DNA of 64,000 bases from a bacterium (lineage in GTDB: Archaea > Thermoplasmatota > E2 > JACPAO01 > JAHFTW01). The first letter of the stretch is position 1. Every line of letters begins with the position of its first letter. A program made the position numbers and the translations under genes. Below, piece by piece: positions 1 through 9,708 of the stretch. Below the pieces are notes generated by a model. The model saw only the letters and a list, made by a program, of their open reading frames with translations, did not search any database and was not told the origin of the DNA. The stretch lies in the NCBI GenBank assembly GCA_040390065.1, contig JAZJZE010000001.1:357769-421768 (forward strand). Direction: 5' to 3'.

Positions 1-543
1 ACCGGCCAGCTCGCCGGCGTGTGGCACGACAACTCGGCTCTACCGCCAACGATCCCCGACCTGTGGCTGCCCGCCGAAGCAATCCGGGCCGAGGCGTACT
101 TCGGATACAGCGCGGACGCCGACTACATCATCGCGACGCCGCCGTACAGTTCCACGGCGGGCTTCGGCGCGGAATTCTGCGCCTGGCATTCGACCACGAC
201 GGACAGCCTGAGCCGCAATGTCGCGTTCACCAACCTGCCGTACATGCCGACCATGCCGGAGACCTGCGGCGCCTACTCGGTCAACGGTGGCCTGCCCTAC
301 CCGGGCCTTCTCGATGGCGTCAGCATCGTGGCAGGGCACGAGTACGCCGAGGTCGTGACGGATCCCGTGCCGGTCACCGGATGGGCCGACTCGACCGGCG
401 GCGCCGGCGAGAACGCCGACAAGTGCGCCTGGGTGACCTCTGGACCCGGCCACATGCAGAACGTCGCCTGGAGCACCGGCACGTTTGCGGTCCAGGGTCT
501 CTGGAGCAACGCCGCCAGCGGTTGTGTCATCACGTACCCGTAG
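1..543 (+). CDS. Secreted hypothetical protein with Phi-1/EXORDIUM-like C-terminal motifs (5'-partial)
   Basis: Frame open from window start; motifs GHEYAEVVTDP, GW.D..G.ENADKCAW and VQGLWSN...C. Confidence 0.55.
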   Translation, partial: TGQLAGVWHDNSALPPTIPDLWLPAEAIRAEAYFGYSADADYIIATPPYSSTAGFGAEFCAWHSTTTDSLSRNVAFTNLPYMPTMPETCGAYSVNGGLPYPGLLDGVSIVAGHEYAEVVTDPVPVTGWADSTGGAGENADKCAWVTSGPGHMQNVAWSTGTFAVQGLWSNAASGCVITYP

Positions 544-603
544 TTGCCGAGGAATGCGAAATCCATGCCAGGCTCATGAGGGCCCGGCCATGATGCGGCG
601 GCC

Positions 604-1746
604 ATGCCTTTGGGCCTGCGTCGCGTCGTGCCGGCTGCCATCCTGGTCGCCCTCCTCGCCGGGCCGTCCACGGGGCTGGCCCCGACATCGGCGTTGCAGC
701 CGCCCGACGTCGAGTCGTTCTGCGACATGCACACCAAGCACTGCGAGCCCGTGCCCCTCGACCTGAGGCAATGGCTGGTCCCGCAGAGCCAACCGATGTC
801 GCAGACGTCGGATTCCGACACACAGCGCTGGCTCGTGGCGCCGATCCGTGGCTACCTCACGCACGACGAATACCAGATCATCCAAGGCCTGGTGCCGGAC
901 ATCCCGACTGTGCCGCTCGCAGCACCGCCGGGGGCCATCAACGAGACAGTCGGGGAAAACGTGACGGTGCACAAGGAGGTTGCCGGCATCACGCTGGACG
1001 GCCAGGCCACGCTCAGCGCCACCGTGCTCGTCCCGCTGCCGCCGGAGCAAGGAGAGGCCCCCGCGGGGTCCGTCCCTTGCACCGACCCGCGCGGCTGTCC
1101 TGACCTGACGGTCGACGCCGCCCGGCTTGCCGACGGCATCCTCGAGAAGCGCACGTTCACGTCGTCGTCGTGCGCCGTCGTCGAGAACAGCACGTCGCCC
1201 GGAACGCGCCGACTCCTGCGTTTCACCTTCGCGACGCCGAACATCGGCGACGGCGACCTGCTCATCGGGGACCCCGCCGAGCATCCCTCCTGGTTCCAGT
1301 GGGGTGCGTGCCATGGCCATTGGCACTTCAGGCAGTACGCCGAGTATCGTCTTTGGACGCTGCGGGCGTACGTCGCGTGGCGCCACGCCCGCGACGCCGC
1401 CCCGACCGCCACGGCGGCGCAAGTCCTGGCGCAGCATCCGGAGCTGGCTGCGGGCTTCCTCAGTGGGCACAAGCAGGGATTCTGCGCCATCGATGTCGTG
1501 CCCTACGCGCCGCTCGAAGCCCCGCGATACCAATCGTGTGCCACCCACCAGGGGATCTCGCGCGGCTGGGCGGACGAGTATGGCTACGCGCTCGACGGCC
1601 AGTGGGTGGACATGACCGGCGTGGCGGCCGGCGCGTACGTGCTCGAAGCGGAAGTGAACCCCGCGCGCTTCTACCAAGAGACGGTGTACACGAACAATTC
1701 GGGGGCGCTGCTCGTCGTCATCCCGCCCGACACCCCTATCGTGTGA
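604..1746 (+). CDS. Lysyl oxidase (LOX)-domain secreted protein
   Basis: Signal peptide; RRLLRF..ATPNIG; Cu-binding-like WGACHGHWH; GHKQGFC (LTQ Lys); GWADEY...GQWVDMT (LTQ Tyr); EVNP...E....NN. Confidence 0.85.
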   Translation: MPLGLRRVVPAAILVALLAGPSTGLAPTSALQPPDVESFCDMHTKHCEPVPLDLRQWLVPQSQPMSQTSDSDTQRWLVAPIRGYLTHDEYQIIQGLVPDIPTVPLAAPPGAINETVGENVTVHKEVAGITLDGQATLSATVLVPLPPEQGEAPAGSVPCTDPRGCPDLTVDAARLADGILEKRTFTSSSCAVVENSTSPGTRRLLRFTFATPNIGDGDLLIGDPAEHPSWFQWGACHGHWHFRQYAEYRLWTLRAYVAWRHARDAAPTATAAQVLAQHPELAAGFLSGHKQGFCAIDVVPYAPLEAPRYQSCATHQGISRGWADEYGYALDGQWVDMTGVAAGAYVLEAEVNPARFYQETVYTNNSGALLVVIPPDTPIV

Positions 1747-1941
1747 TGGTCACCGCAAGTAGGTTCACGGACGCGCCGTTCCTCCGAGAAACATGGCAAT
1801 TGCGCGGTCGCGGCAAGCGCGGTTGGCAAATGGTTTCACGCGTTCGTTCTTGGATTTCCCACAAGTCCCGTCAATCATTATCATCGGCGCCCATTATCGA
1901 CGCCCGCCCGCCGGGACAACCTGGCGGTTGGAGACATCGAC

Positions 1942-2949
1942 ATGCACAAGAGAACACTGAGTCTGGGCCTCGCGGCCCTGTTTGCAAGCCTCGCTTTGGC
2001 GGGCCCGATCGCATCGGCCCTCCCCGGCGACAACCAAGACCTGAGCCGCACGTTCTACATCAACGCGGCCCGCGTCACCACGCCCGGTATCGGCTGGTTC
2101 CAGAACACGCCTCATCAGGTCTGTGTCATCGAGCTCTTCGGTGTCCAAGCCCCTCTCGGCGTCTTCTACTACGAGAGCCTGCGCGTCTACACCAACGCCG
2201 GCACGTCGACGACGATCCCTGCCCTCATCCCGCCGGTCCCGCTCGCTTGCCCGGCCGCCATCAATCCGGCCTGCAACAACCCGGGCCCGGTTGACCCCTG
2301 CGCCATCCAGGTCGGCGGCGTTACGCTGGCCGGTGGCCAGTTCATCAGCCAGGACGCCCTGCACTGCCTCAAGGACGCGGTCAACAACTGCTTCGCCGTC
2401 GCCGGCACGCAGGAGTGGACCCTGACGCGCTGCCCCTACGCGAGCATCGTCTACACGGCCCCCATGGCTCAGGGCAAGGGCACCTTCGCGGGCACCCCCC
2501 TCGACGGCGTCCTCATGACCCCCGCCATCCACTGCACGGCAGGCGCAGCCGGCGCGGCCAGCTTCGACGCCTCGGCCTACATCGACTTCTTCACCGACGG
2601 CGAGTCGGGAACGAGCTTCAACATCGTCCCGGTCGGCACGATCGTGCCGGCCGCCGCTGGTGACAGCTACGTCATCTCGTGCTACAACGTCGACAAGCTC
2701 ATCCTGTCCGGCGTGCCCATCTCGTCGCACACCGACCTCGGTGAGGACTCCGAGTCGCACGACTGGGCCCTCGTCCTCGACCAGAACGACGTCCCGGCCA
2801 GCCACCAGGCCGCCATCACCGCCCACCTGGGCGGCGGCAACCTGCAGGGCCTGTACGACCTCAGCGGCCAGAACGGCTGCGATGACGGCTCCAACGTCGC
2901 CTACATGGACGTCGACGACCCAGCCGGCGCGACCGTCCTGACGCCGTAG
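1942..2949 (+). CDS. Cys-rich secreted hypothetical protein
   Basis: GGAG before ATG, signal peptide, strong C/G third-position bias, many Cys. Confidence 0.8.
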   Translation: MHKRTLSLGLAALFASLALAGPIASALPGDNQDLSRTFYINAARVTTPGIGWFQNTPHQVCVIELFGVQAPLGVFYYESLRVYTNAGTSTTIPALIPPVPLACPAAINPACNNPGPVDPCAIQVGGVTLAGGQFISQDALHCLKDAVNNCFAVAGTQEWTLTRCPYASIVYTAPMAQGKGTFAGTPLDGVLMTPAIHCTAGAAGAASFDASAYIDFFTDGESGTSFNIVPVGTIVPAAAGDSYVISCYNVDKLILSGVPISSHTDLGEDSESHDWALVLDQNDVPASHQAAITAHLGGGNLQGLYDLSGQNGCDDGSNVAYMDVDDPAGATVLTP

Positions 2950-2965
2950 AGCGGTCCTGAGACCA

Positions 2966-2992
2966 TCCCTTTCCCCCTTTTCCTCCGTTTTT
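2966..2992 (+). terminator. Pyrimidine-rich archaeal-type terminator
   Basis: TCCCTTTCCCCCTTTTCCTCCGTTTTT just after the stop; similar tracts at ~41191-41216 and ~57665-57695. Confidence 0.5.
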
Positions 2993-3051
2993 CGTCGGCG
3001 AACCTGCTAGCGATGAGTGGGAAATCCAGTCAACCTTGAAGGCGGCCCCAC

Positions 3052-6000
3052 ATGTCGACGGCTGCTTTTCCCATGACCGGCCCAACGACAACCTCACGCC
3101 GGCCATCCGGCGCAATCCTCGCAGCCTTGGTTGCACTCCTCGTCCTTCCTGCACTCCCCGCCGAGGCCGCGACCCCGCAGGACGTGTGGGTCCAGGCGAC
3201 CGATGCCGTCGTGGCCCGCGCTCCCGCCAGCCTCCTCGACGAGCCGGATTTCCGTAATGCCAGCGCCCACCATGCCTACCGCACCGCCATGCTGGATGCC
3301 AGCGTTGCCCATGCCACCGCCTTGGCCCACGCGCTCTGGGAGGAAGCACAGAACGCGCCGAACCCGGCCCAGCAGTACTTGTATGAGCTGGCCAACGAGA
3401 CGCAAGCCAACGCCGGTCGCATCGACCACGCGAGCGCGCGCATGGCCGCCCTCGAGGCCGGAGACCTGCACGCAAACCAGCTCGAAATCCTCCTCACCGC
3501 GGCCAACGTCCTTGCCGATGCCGAACAGGAACACGTGCACGCCGTCGGGTACTTGATGCCCGAGCAGTCCGTCGACGTCTTCCGCTCCGAGACCGGGCGA
3601 TACTCGTTTGCCCACCCCGTCGCCATGGCCGGCGACCTCGCGGCCGCGACCGAACGCATCCTCGATCTCGTGCCGGCGCCATCCGGGCCGCGGGCCGACC
3701 TTGCGGGCATGGCCCAGCGGATCAACGGGCTCTCGCTGCCCACGTTCCAGTGGCCGGTCGCCCATCCCGGCATCGTCGAGGAGACGGCGCGTCGAATCTA
3801 TGCATACTCGGCTCTCCAGGGCAACACGACGGTCGCCGAGCTTGACGCAGTGATCCAGCAGTTGCCCGCTGAACGTCAGCGTCTGCAGGATGCCGGATAT
3901 GACGGCGTGCATATCGTCGAAGTGCAAGGTGATGCCTCCTGGTGGCTGACGCAGGCCCGGGCCGACCCCGACTCTGCAGTCACCGCTGGCGTCGTGCGCA
4001 GCCAAGCGGCGTACGCGCACGGTGCCATCCTGGAGGCCAACCTGCTCGCTGCTCCGGCCAACCGGCCGTCGTCGGCGGCCATGTGGATTGGCCTTGCGTG
4101 TGCGGGAGTTGCCCTCGTGGGCGGCCTGTGGTGGCGCGGACGCCGAAGGTCTGGCGGGCGGAAGGGCAAGGCGCTCCTTGGGCTGCTGGCACTGCTCATG
4201 GTGCTGCCACCGGTCCAGGGTGCGCTTGGAATGGCCGCCGTCAACGACCCGTCCGCCCCGCCGACCGTCGTCCCCGGCCCCGAAGGTGGAGCCTGGGGTT
4301 CTGCCGCCGCCCTTGCCAACGGCACACTGCTGTTTGCCTGGCCGTCCTGTCCCGGCACGTTCGTGGACGGGTGCTCCGACCTCTACCTGCGCATGTACGA
4401 CCCAGTGGCCGACAAATGGAGCGCGTCGTGGCGCGCCGTCGACGACCTGTACCACGTCTCGATTGCCAAAGTGTTCCTCGTTGGGGCGGACGTCCACGTC
4501 GTCTGGGAGGAACAGCTGGGCAACGCGACCGCCCCCGTCGTCCTCGTCCATTGCGTGCTGTCCGGTCGCACGTGCGGCGCCCGCGAAACGTTCACGGACA
4601 CCGCCGGAACGGCCATCATGTTCAGCGGCGCCGTCGGCGGCAACGGCCACCTGCGGATCGCCTACTTGCGCTCTGACCTGATGCAGGTGCATGTGCGCGA
4701 ATGGTCGAGTGCCGGCTGGGGAGCCGACAAACGCTTCGACACGGGCTCGTCCCTGCAGACGCGCCCCAACGTCCTATGCGGGACCGACGGCGCCTGCTAC
4801 GTCACATGGGAGGAGGGCGTGCCCGGATCCAAGGAGACGAAGGACCGGCGCGTCGAACTCGCCATCGTCGATGCCGGCGCAGATGTCGCCCGCAAAGTCA
4901 TCACGGTCCCAGCCCAGGGCTCCTTCCAGCAGATGGCCGCCGCCTTCCCCATCCCCGAGGGCGTCGGGGCCCTGTACGGCACGCAGCGGGACTTGTTCTT
5001 CGCGGTCCTCGACCCGGCCACGGGCCAATGGTCGGCGGCCACCAACGTGTCGCGCGGGCATCCGCCCACGGCCCCAGCCCTCGTGGGCGCGTACACGCTG
5101 GGCGGCGGTGACGTGCTTGCCGTGTGGCAGACCGGGACGGTCAACACGTTCCAGATGTGGGCGGCACGGCGCTCCGGCGGCTTCTGGCTCGCTCCCGAGC
5201 TGCTCGTCGGCAAACCCTACCAAGAACACATGTTCGTCCCGATGGCGCAGCCCCAAGCGTCGGGCGACCTGGTGTTGGCGTGGACCGGCAATGGGCCCGG
5301 CATCGCGGACAATATCCTGCTCACACGCCGCATCGCCGGCGGCACGGCCCCGCCCCCAGGGCCTCCGACCGTGACGTGGCGCGAGCCTCGTGCTGGCGGC
5401 TGGACGGGTTCGGCCGTCGACCTGGCAGCGCAACTCGAATTCGCCGCGACGCCGGACGCCGCCTCCGTGGTGCTCACCGTCGACGGCCGGGCGCTCGCAA
5501 CGACGTTGTCGCCCGACGGCCACGCGCACGCACGTGCGACGGGGCTTGCCGAAGGGGCGCACCACGTGACGCTGCATGCTGCAGACCGCTTGGGAGCAGC
5601 CTGCGATGAGCAATGGGATTTCGCCGTCGATGCAACGGCGCCGGCACTGAGTGTGCAGATCGTGGGTCCCGCGACATCCGCGTCTGCGCCCTGGGCAAAC
5701 CAGGTGCTGACGGTCGTCGCCTCGGCTCCACAGGATGGCGGCAGCCCCGTCCACTTGCAGGTCGACCATGATGCCGCGGGCGATTGGCGCGACGCCACGG
5801 CGGCCGGCTGGAAGGCTGTCGGGCTGGTGCCGTCGATCATTGGTGCCGCCGTGCCCGAGAACCGCCTTCTCGACGTTCGCCTTCGTGCGGTCGATGACGC
5901 GGGGAACGTTGCCCTTGGCTCGCCGATGGCCCTTGGCTGGGACGCCACCCCGCCCCTGATGCAAGGCGGGCCGGCCCCGACGACGCGGCCAGGCCGGGTT

Positions 6001-6561
6001 CCTCTCCTCTTGACGGACCAGGCCGCAGCGGGATCTCCACTCCACTACGAACTCCAGGTGTCGGGGCCCGGCGGCAACGCGCAGCAGACCTCCATGGACG
6101 GCATGGTCATCCTTCCCGCGGAAGGAACATGGCAAGTCCGTGGGCGCGCATCCGACGCCGCCGGAAATGCACAATCAATCGGCCCGTGGACCGTCGTGGT
6201 GGACGGCACGCCGCCGACGGTCTCGGTGGCGTGGCAGGGCGACGACTTCCGTCTCACCGCCAGCGACGCGGGAGGCCTCGCCCATGTGGCCATGACGGCT
6301 GGCGACGGCCGGCCCATCGAGTCGAACGCGACCGGCACCTCGGCGGCGTCGGATGGCCGCTGGGAGGGCGCCCCCATCGGGGTCAACGTCCGCGACGCGG
6401 CCGGAAACGAACTGTCGGGTTTCATTGCAGAGTCCGGCGGCCAACTCGTCGCGTCGGCGCCGGAAAAGCCGGCGGGGAAGTCGACGCCGGCACTGCCCCT
6501 CGCGCTGGTCGGCCTGGCCGTGCTGGGCCTTGCCCTAGGCCGGAGGCGCCAGGATGGCTGA
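3052..6561 (+). CDS. Large cell-surface protein: helical domain, internal TM plus second signal-like segment, propeller-like and Ig-like domains, C-terminal anchor
   Basis: 1169-aa ORF; D.AGN and VDGTPP Ig-like repeats; C-terminus KSTPALPLALVGLAVLGLALGRRR. Confidence 0.8.
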   Translation: MSTAAFPMTGPTTTSRRPSGAILAALVALLVLPALPAEAATPQDVWVQATDAVVARAPASLLDEPDFRNASAHHAYRTAMLDASVAHATALAHALWEEAQNAPNPAQQYLYELANETQANAGRIDHASARMAALEAGDLHANQLEILLTAANVLADAEQEHVHAVGYLMPEQSVDVFRSETGRYSFAHPVAMAGDLAAATERILDLVPAPSGPRADLAGMAQRINGLSLPTFQWPVAHPGIVEETARRIYAYSALQGNTTVAELDAVIQQLPAERQRLQDAGYDGVHIVEVQGDASWWLTQARADPDSAVTAGVVRSQAAYAHGAILEANLLAAPANRPSSAAMWIGLACAGVALVGGLWWRGRRRSGGRKGKALLGLLALLMVLPPVQGALGMAAVNDPSAPPTVVPGPEGGAWGSAAALANGTLLFAWPSCPGTFVDGCSDLYLRMYDPVADKWSASWRAVDDLYHVSIAKVFLVGADVHVVWEEQLGNATAPVVLVHCVLSGRTCGARETFTDTAGTAIMFSGAVGGNGHLRIAYLRSDLMQVHVREWSSAGWGADKRFDTGSSLQTRPNVLCGTDGACYVTWEEGVPGSKETKDRRVELAIVDAGADVARKVITVPAQGSFQQMAAAFPIPEGVGALYGTQRDLFFAVLDPATGQWSAATNVSRGHPPTAPALVGAYTLGGGDVLAVWQTGTVNTFQMWAARRSGGFWLAPELLVGKPYQEHMFVPMAQPQASGDLVLAWTGNGPGIADNILLTRRIAGGTAPPPGPPTVTWREPRAGGWTGSAVDLAAQLEFAATPDAASVVLTVDGRALATTLSPDGHAHARATGLAEGAHHVTLHAADRLGAACDEQWDFAVDATAPALSVQIVGPATSASAPWANQVLTVVASAPQDGGSPVHLQVDHDAAGDWRDATAAGWKAVGLVPSIIGAAVPENRLLDVRLRAVDDAGNVALGSPMALGWDATPPLMQGGPAPTTRPGRVPLLLTDQAAAGSPLHYELQVSGPGGNAQQTSMDGMVILPAEGTWQVRGRASDAAGNAQSIGPWTVVVDGTPPTVSVAWQGDDFRLTASDAGGLAHVAMTAGDGRPIESNATGTSAASDGRWEGAPIGVNVRDAAGNELSGFIAESGGQLVASAPEKPAGKSTPALPLALVGLAVLGLALGRRRQDG

Positions 6562-7234
6562 CCCCGTGGAAAACGGCAATCCAGGCAGGGCGGAAGGTCC
6601 CGGGGCGAGCCCTGGTCCCCACCATTGGACGCGACGCAACTCGCCCTCCCCCCGAAAGGCTGAAACACATGCACGCCTCTCCCGGAATGTGGTCGTGCCC
6701 GGTCTCCTGGTCCAGGATAGCGCGGGCCGGCCCTCCGCCGACGGCGAAGTGACCCGCCGACTCGCAGTCGTCGCCCGGATCCTCGCCGAGCAGCCCGGCT
6801 GCACGATCCAGGAAGTCGCACTCCAGCTGCAGTGCAGCCACACGACGGCCGCGTATCACCTCTCCAAGATGGCCGCGGCGGGCCGCGTCCTGCAGCGCCG
6901 CGAAGGAAGGGTCGTGCGCCACTACTTGGCCGGCGATGAGACGCCCGCCGCCTGGCTGCGCGCGTTTGTCGCGGAACCCAAGCGCCGCGAGCTTGCGGTC
7001 ACCCTCGGCGGCACCGAACGCCGCGAATGGCCGGTGAACAAGCTTGCCCGCCACATCGGAATGCATCACGGATGGGTCATGCGATCGCTGCGCATGCTCG
7101 AGACGCAGCGCTTCATCGTCCTCATTCGGCCCCGCGCCAGGTATTACGTGCAACGGACCGCCGCGTTGCAGCAGGCGCTGCAAGAGGCGCAAACGGTTCG
7201 CGTTGTCGTCGAAGTCGTGACGGACCCGTCGTAG
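6554..7234 (+). CDS. Tandem winged-HTH (ArsR/MarR-like) transcriptional regulator
   Basis: PGCTIQEVALQLQCSHTTAAYHLSKM and VNKLARHIGMHHGWVMRSLRMLE; start uncertain. Confidence 0.7.
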   Translation: MADPVENGNPGRAEGPGASPGPHHWTRRNSPSPRKAETHARLSRNVVVPGLLVQDSAGRPSADGEVTRRLAVVARILAEQPGCTIQEVALQLQCSHTTAAYHLSKMAAAGRVLQRREGRVVRHYLAGDETPAAWLRAFVAEPKRRELAVTLGGTERREWPVNKLARHIGMHHGWVMRSLRMLETQRFIVLIRPRARYYVQRTAALQQALQEAQTVRVVVEVVTDPS

Positions 7235-7299
7235 GGCCGGAACCGCGAGGCCGGCCGGGCCCCTGCAGAAAGTCGTGCTGACTCGAACGGAGTGCGGAC

Positions 7300-7574
7300 C
7301 TAGAGGTCATTGCATAACCTCCAGGAGGTCTGCGCGCGCCGGTTTGCAAGGAGTGCTAGGAGGTTGGGCCGACTTCGTGGCAGCGCCACGACGAGGTCCA
7401 GGCGACGACGCAATCCGCCGCAAAGCGGCGCGCCCTTGCGGGTCGTTTTCCGGCCACACACTCCTGGCGCCGGCGGTCTTGGCGGACTTCCGGCCCGCCG
7501 GCGACCGCCCCCGCCAGGATCGCGAAGGCCGGAAAACGACGCAGGCACCCTGGAAGCTATGCAATGACCTCTAG
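7300..7574. mobile_element. MITE (non-autonomous IS derivative), 275 bp
   Basis: 26-bp terminal inverted repeats CTAGAGGTCATTGCATAACCTCCAGG / CCTGGAAGCTATGCAATGACCTCTAG (2 mismatches), CTAG at both ends, internal 14-bp IR GTCGTTTTCCGGCC, no transposase. Confidence 0.85.
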
Positions 7575-9076
7575 TGTTCGCTTCGTCGTGGGCGGCGCGA
7601 CGGCCAGCCCCCAAGCAGGCTACGCAGAGCTGGATCGCCCTCTGCGTCTTCGTGGAGGGTCGGGTCATGGCGGCGAGCGATGTCCAGCCAGGCGAGCGCG
7701 TCGTCGCGCAGGTCCAATCGGGCGAAGGTGCGCGCAGCCGTCAAGGCGTTGCTTGCCATCGCCTCTCCTTCATCGGCCGGGAACCGACGCTGCGCCTCTT
7801 GGTGGTCGCGGCGGGCCAGGTCGGCCTTTCCCAAGGCGCCATGGCAGCGGGCCCGCACTGCGTACGCGTCAGCGCACGATGGATCGAGTCGGATGGCCCG
7901 CGTGGCCCAGCGCCGCGCCTGTCGCCAGGCGGAATCCTCCGCACTCGTGTGCGCGTGGGCCAATGCCCGGGAGGCGGCGGCGCGGCGGCGCGGACTCACG
8001 CGGGTCGGCAGGCGACGCCGCAGCAGGGCGGCGATTGCGATTGCCACGAGAGCGGCGCCTAGAAGGTCAAGCCATAGCCATCCAGCGGGTCCAGGCGACG
8101 TGGCCATCGTCGCTGGGGACGTGGGGCCGGCCGTCTGCCCCGAGACCGCTACCGGGATGCCCGATTGAGCGGGGCCTGCCCGCAGCTTGAGGCTGCCCTC
8201 GAGGTGGAGGGTCAGACCGCCAACCGGCCCAGCCACCCCATCGCGCACGAGCGTGCCGACCGGGTTGTGCAGGTCGAGGCGGCCTTGGACGACCATCTCT
8301 GGCTGCTGCACGTAGACGAAGGCGATGTCGCCCAACTCGCTGGGGACGGTGAGCGCGCCGTGGGTGACTTCGAGGAATGCTTCCTGGTCGCGGGTCGCCC
8401 CGGGGTCCGCGCTCGGCCCGGCAAGGGGTTGCATGCCCGTCGGAATGGAAACCCTTCCTTCCAGACTGTCGAGTTGCACGTCCCACTGCCAAAGGGCCAG
8501 GACGAAGTCTCCGGTGATGGTCGCGTTGGCAGGCGCGCACGGCTGCATGTGCACGGCTGCCTGGACGTCCGCCGTCAGCGTCGCGTGGACGCCGAGTTGG
8601 GAACTGTAGGTGAGGCTCTGGGCGTTCGTCGGCCGAGCGACGTTGCAGGTGATGGAATCGGTCCAGACTGGGGGCGCGTGGCCGGGCATCGGCTGCACGA
8701 CGAACCAGTAGCCAGGTCGGTTCACGATTCCCGTGACGCTCGCAGCGTGGTAGTCGTTCTCGCTGTGATGGCGCCCCTGGGGCTGGCTCGCGATGATGCC
8801 GTGGACGACGATGTCCGCTTCGTCCACGACCAGGTGCAGGGCGTCTGCCCGCAGGGAGAAGGGCGACGAGGCCTGGGCATTGCTTGGGGCTCCTACAGGG
8901 ACGTTGCCGCCCGAGGCCAACTCGAACGCACCCAGCGGGCCGCTTGTCGCGGTGAGGCCCGTGAGGTCGGCTTGGCTGACGGTCAGGGACCCCTGCACGT
9001 CGCTAGCCTCGGCAAGGCCGGCCATCGCAAGGACAGCACAAATCAAGGCGGCGGGGAGGAGAGCGCGGGCCGTCAC
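7571..9076 (-). CDS. Single-pass membrane protein with extracellular beta domain and cytoplasmic TPR repeats
   Basis: Signal peptide from GTG 9076; TM WLWLDLLGAALVAIAIAALLRRR; TPR-like AIRLDPSCADAYAVRARCHGALG. Confidence 0.7.
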   Translation of the reverse strand: MTARALLPAALICAVLAMAGLAEASDVQGSLTVSQADLTGLTATSGPLGAFELASGGNVPVGAPSNAQASSPFSLRADALHLVVDEADIVVHGIIASQPQGRHHSENDYHAASVTGIVNRPGYWFVVQPMPGHAPPVWTDSITCNVARPTNAQSLTYSSQLGVHATLTADVQAAVHMQPCAPANATITGDFVLALWQWDVQLDSLEGRVSIPTGMQPLAGPSADPGATRDQEAFLEVTHGALTVPSELGDIAFVYVQQPEMVVQGRLDLHNPVGTLVRDGVAGPVGGLTLHLEGSLKLRAGPAQSGIPVAVSGQTAGPTSPATMATSPGPAGWLWLDLLGAALVAIAIAALLRRRLPTRVSPRRRAAASRALAHAHTSAEDSAWRQARRWATRAIRLDPSCADAYAVRARCHGALGKADLARRDHQEAQRRFPADEGEAMASNALTAARTFARLDLRDDALAWLDIARRHDPTLHEDAEGDPALRSLLGGWPSRRPRRSEH

Positions 9077-9083
9077 GAGGCGA

Positions 9084-9581
9084 TCAGACCGGTGGCGGGA
9101 GGAGGCATTCCGTCCGGAGGTCGTAGAACGGGAAGCTCGGCAGCGAACGCACAATATTGGTGCAGTACGGGTACGGGAACAGGGTGCCGTCAATCAGGGT
9201 GGGCAGGCCGAGGGTGCCGAACACGCCGTTGTAGAGGGGTGGCGAGTGGACTACGATGGCTGCGGGGCCCTCGCCATCAGCCGTGATGGCGGCGATGCTG
9301 AAGACCGTCGGCATGGGGTCCGCCGCCGTCGTGAAGGTGAGGAGCGGGCCTTCGTAGACAATCTGGGCGTTGGCCTTGATGACGTAGCTCGTCACCGGGT
9401 TGGAGCCCGCGATGACGGGCGGGTCCCAGCGCAGCGCCACCGTGTTGGTGCTGTCGTCGTAGGCCGCGTTGACATGCGTCGGCATGCCGGGCGGCGTGTT
9501 GACTGGGTCGGCGTAGGTCGAGGCAGGAACGAGGATCATGAACAGGGCCGTCAGGAGGATGGCAGTAAAGGGTCGCGTCAC
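9084..9581 (-). CDS. Secreted fibronectin type III domain protein
   Basis: PGMPTHVNA...VALRWDPP...GSNPVTSYVI...FSIAAITADGEGP; start uncertain (ORF open to 9605). Confidence 0.7.
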   Translation of the reverse strand: MTRPFTAILLTALFMILVPASTYADPVNTPPGMPTHVNAAYDDSTNTVALRWDPPVIAGSNPVTSYVIKANAQIVYEGPLLTFTTAADPMPTVFSIAAITADGEGPAAIVVHSPPLYNGVFGTLGLPTLIDGTLFPYPYCTNIVRSLPSFPFYDLRTECLLPPPV

Positions 9582-9708
9582 GGGACAATCCACCACGGTT
9601 GGCACAGAGCCGCGGCATATAGATGGGCGCCGTTCTTTTCATTCATCCATAGAGCGATGCGATGATGCCTGGATTTGCGGTAAATCTGCATTGGCCTGAA
9701 GATGGCCG

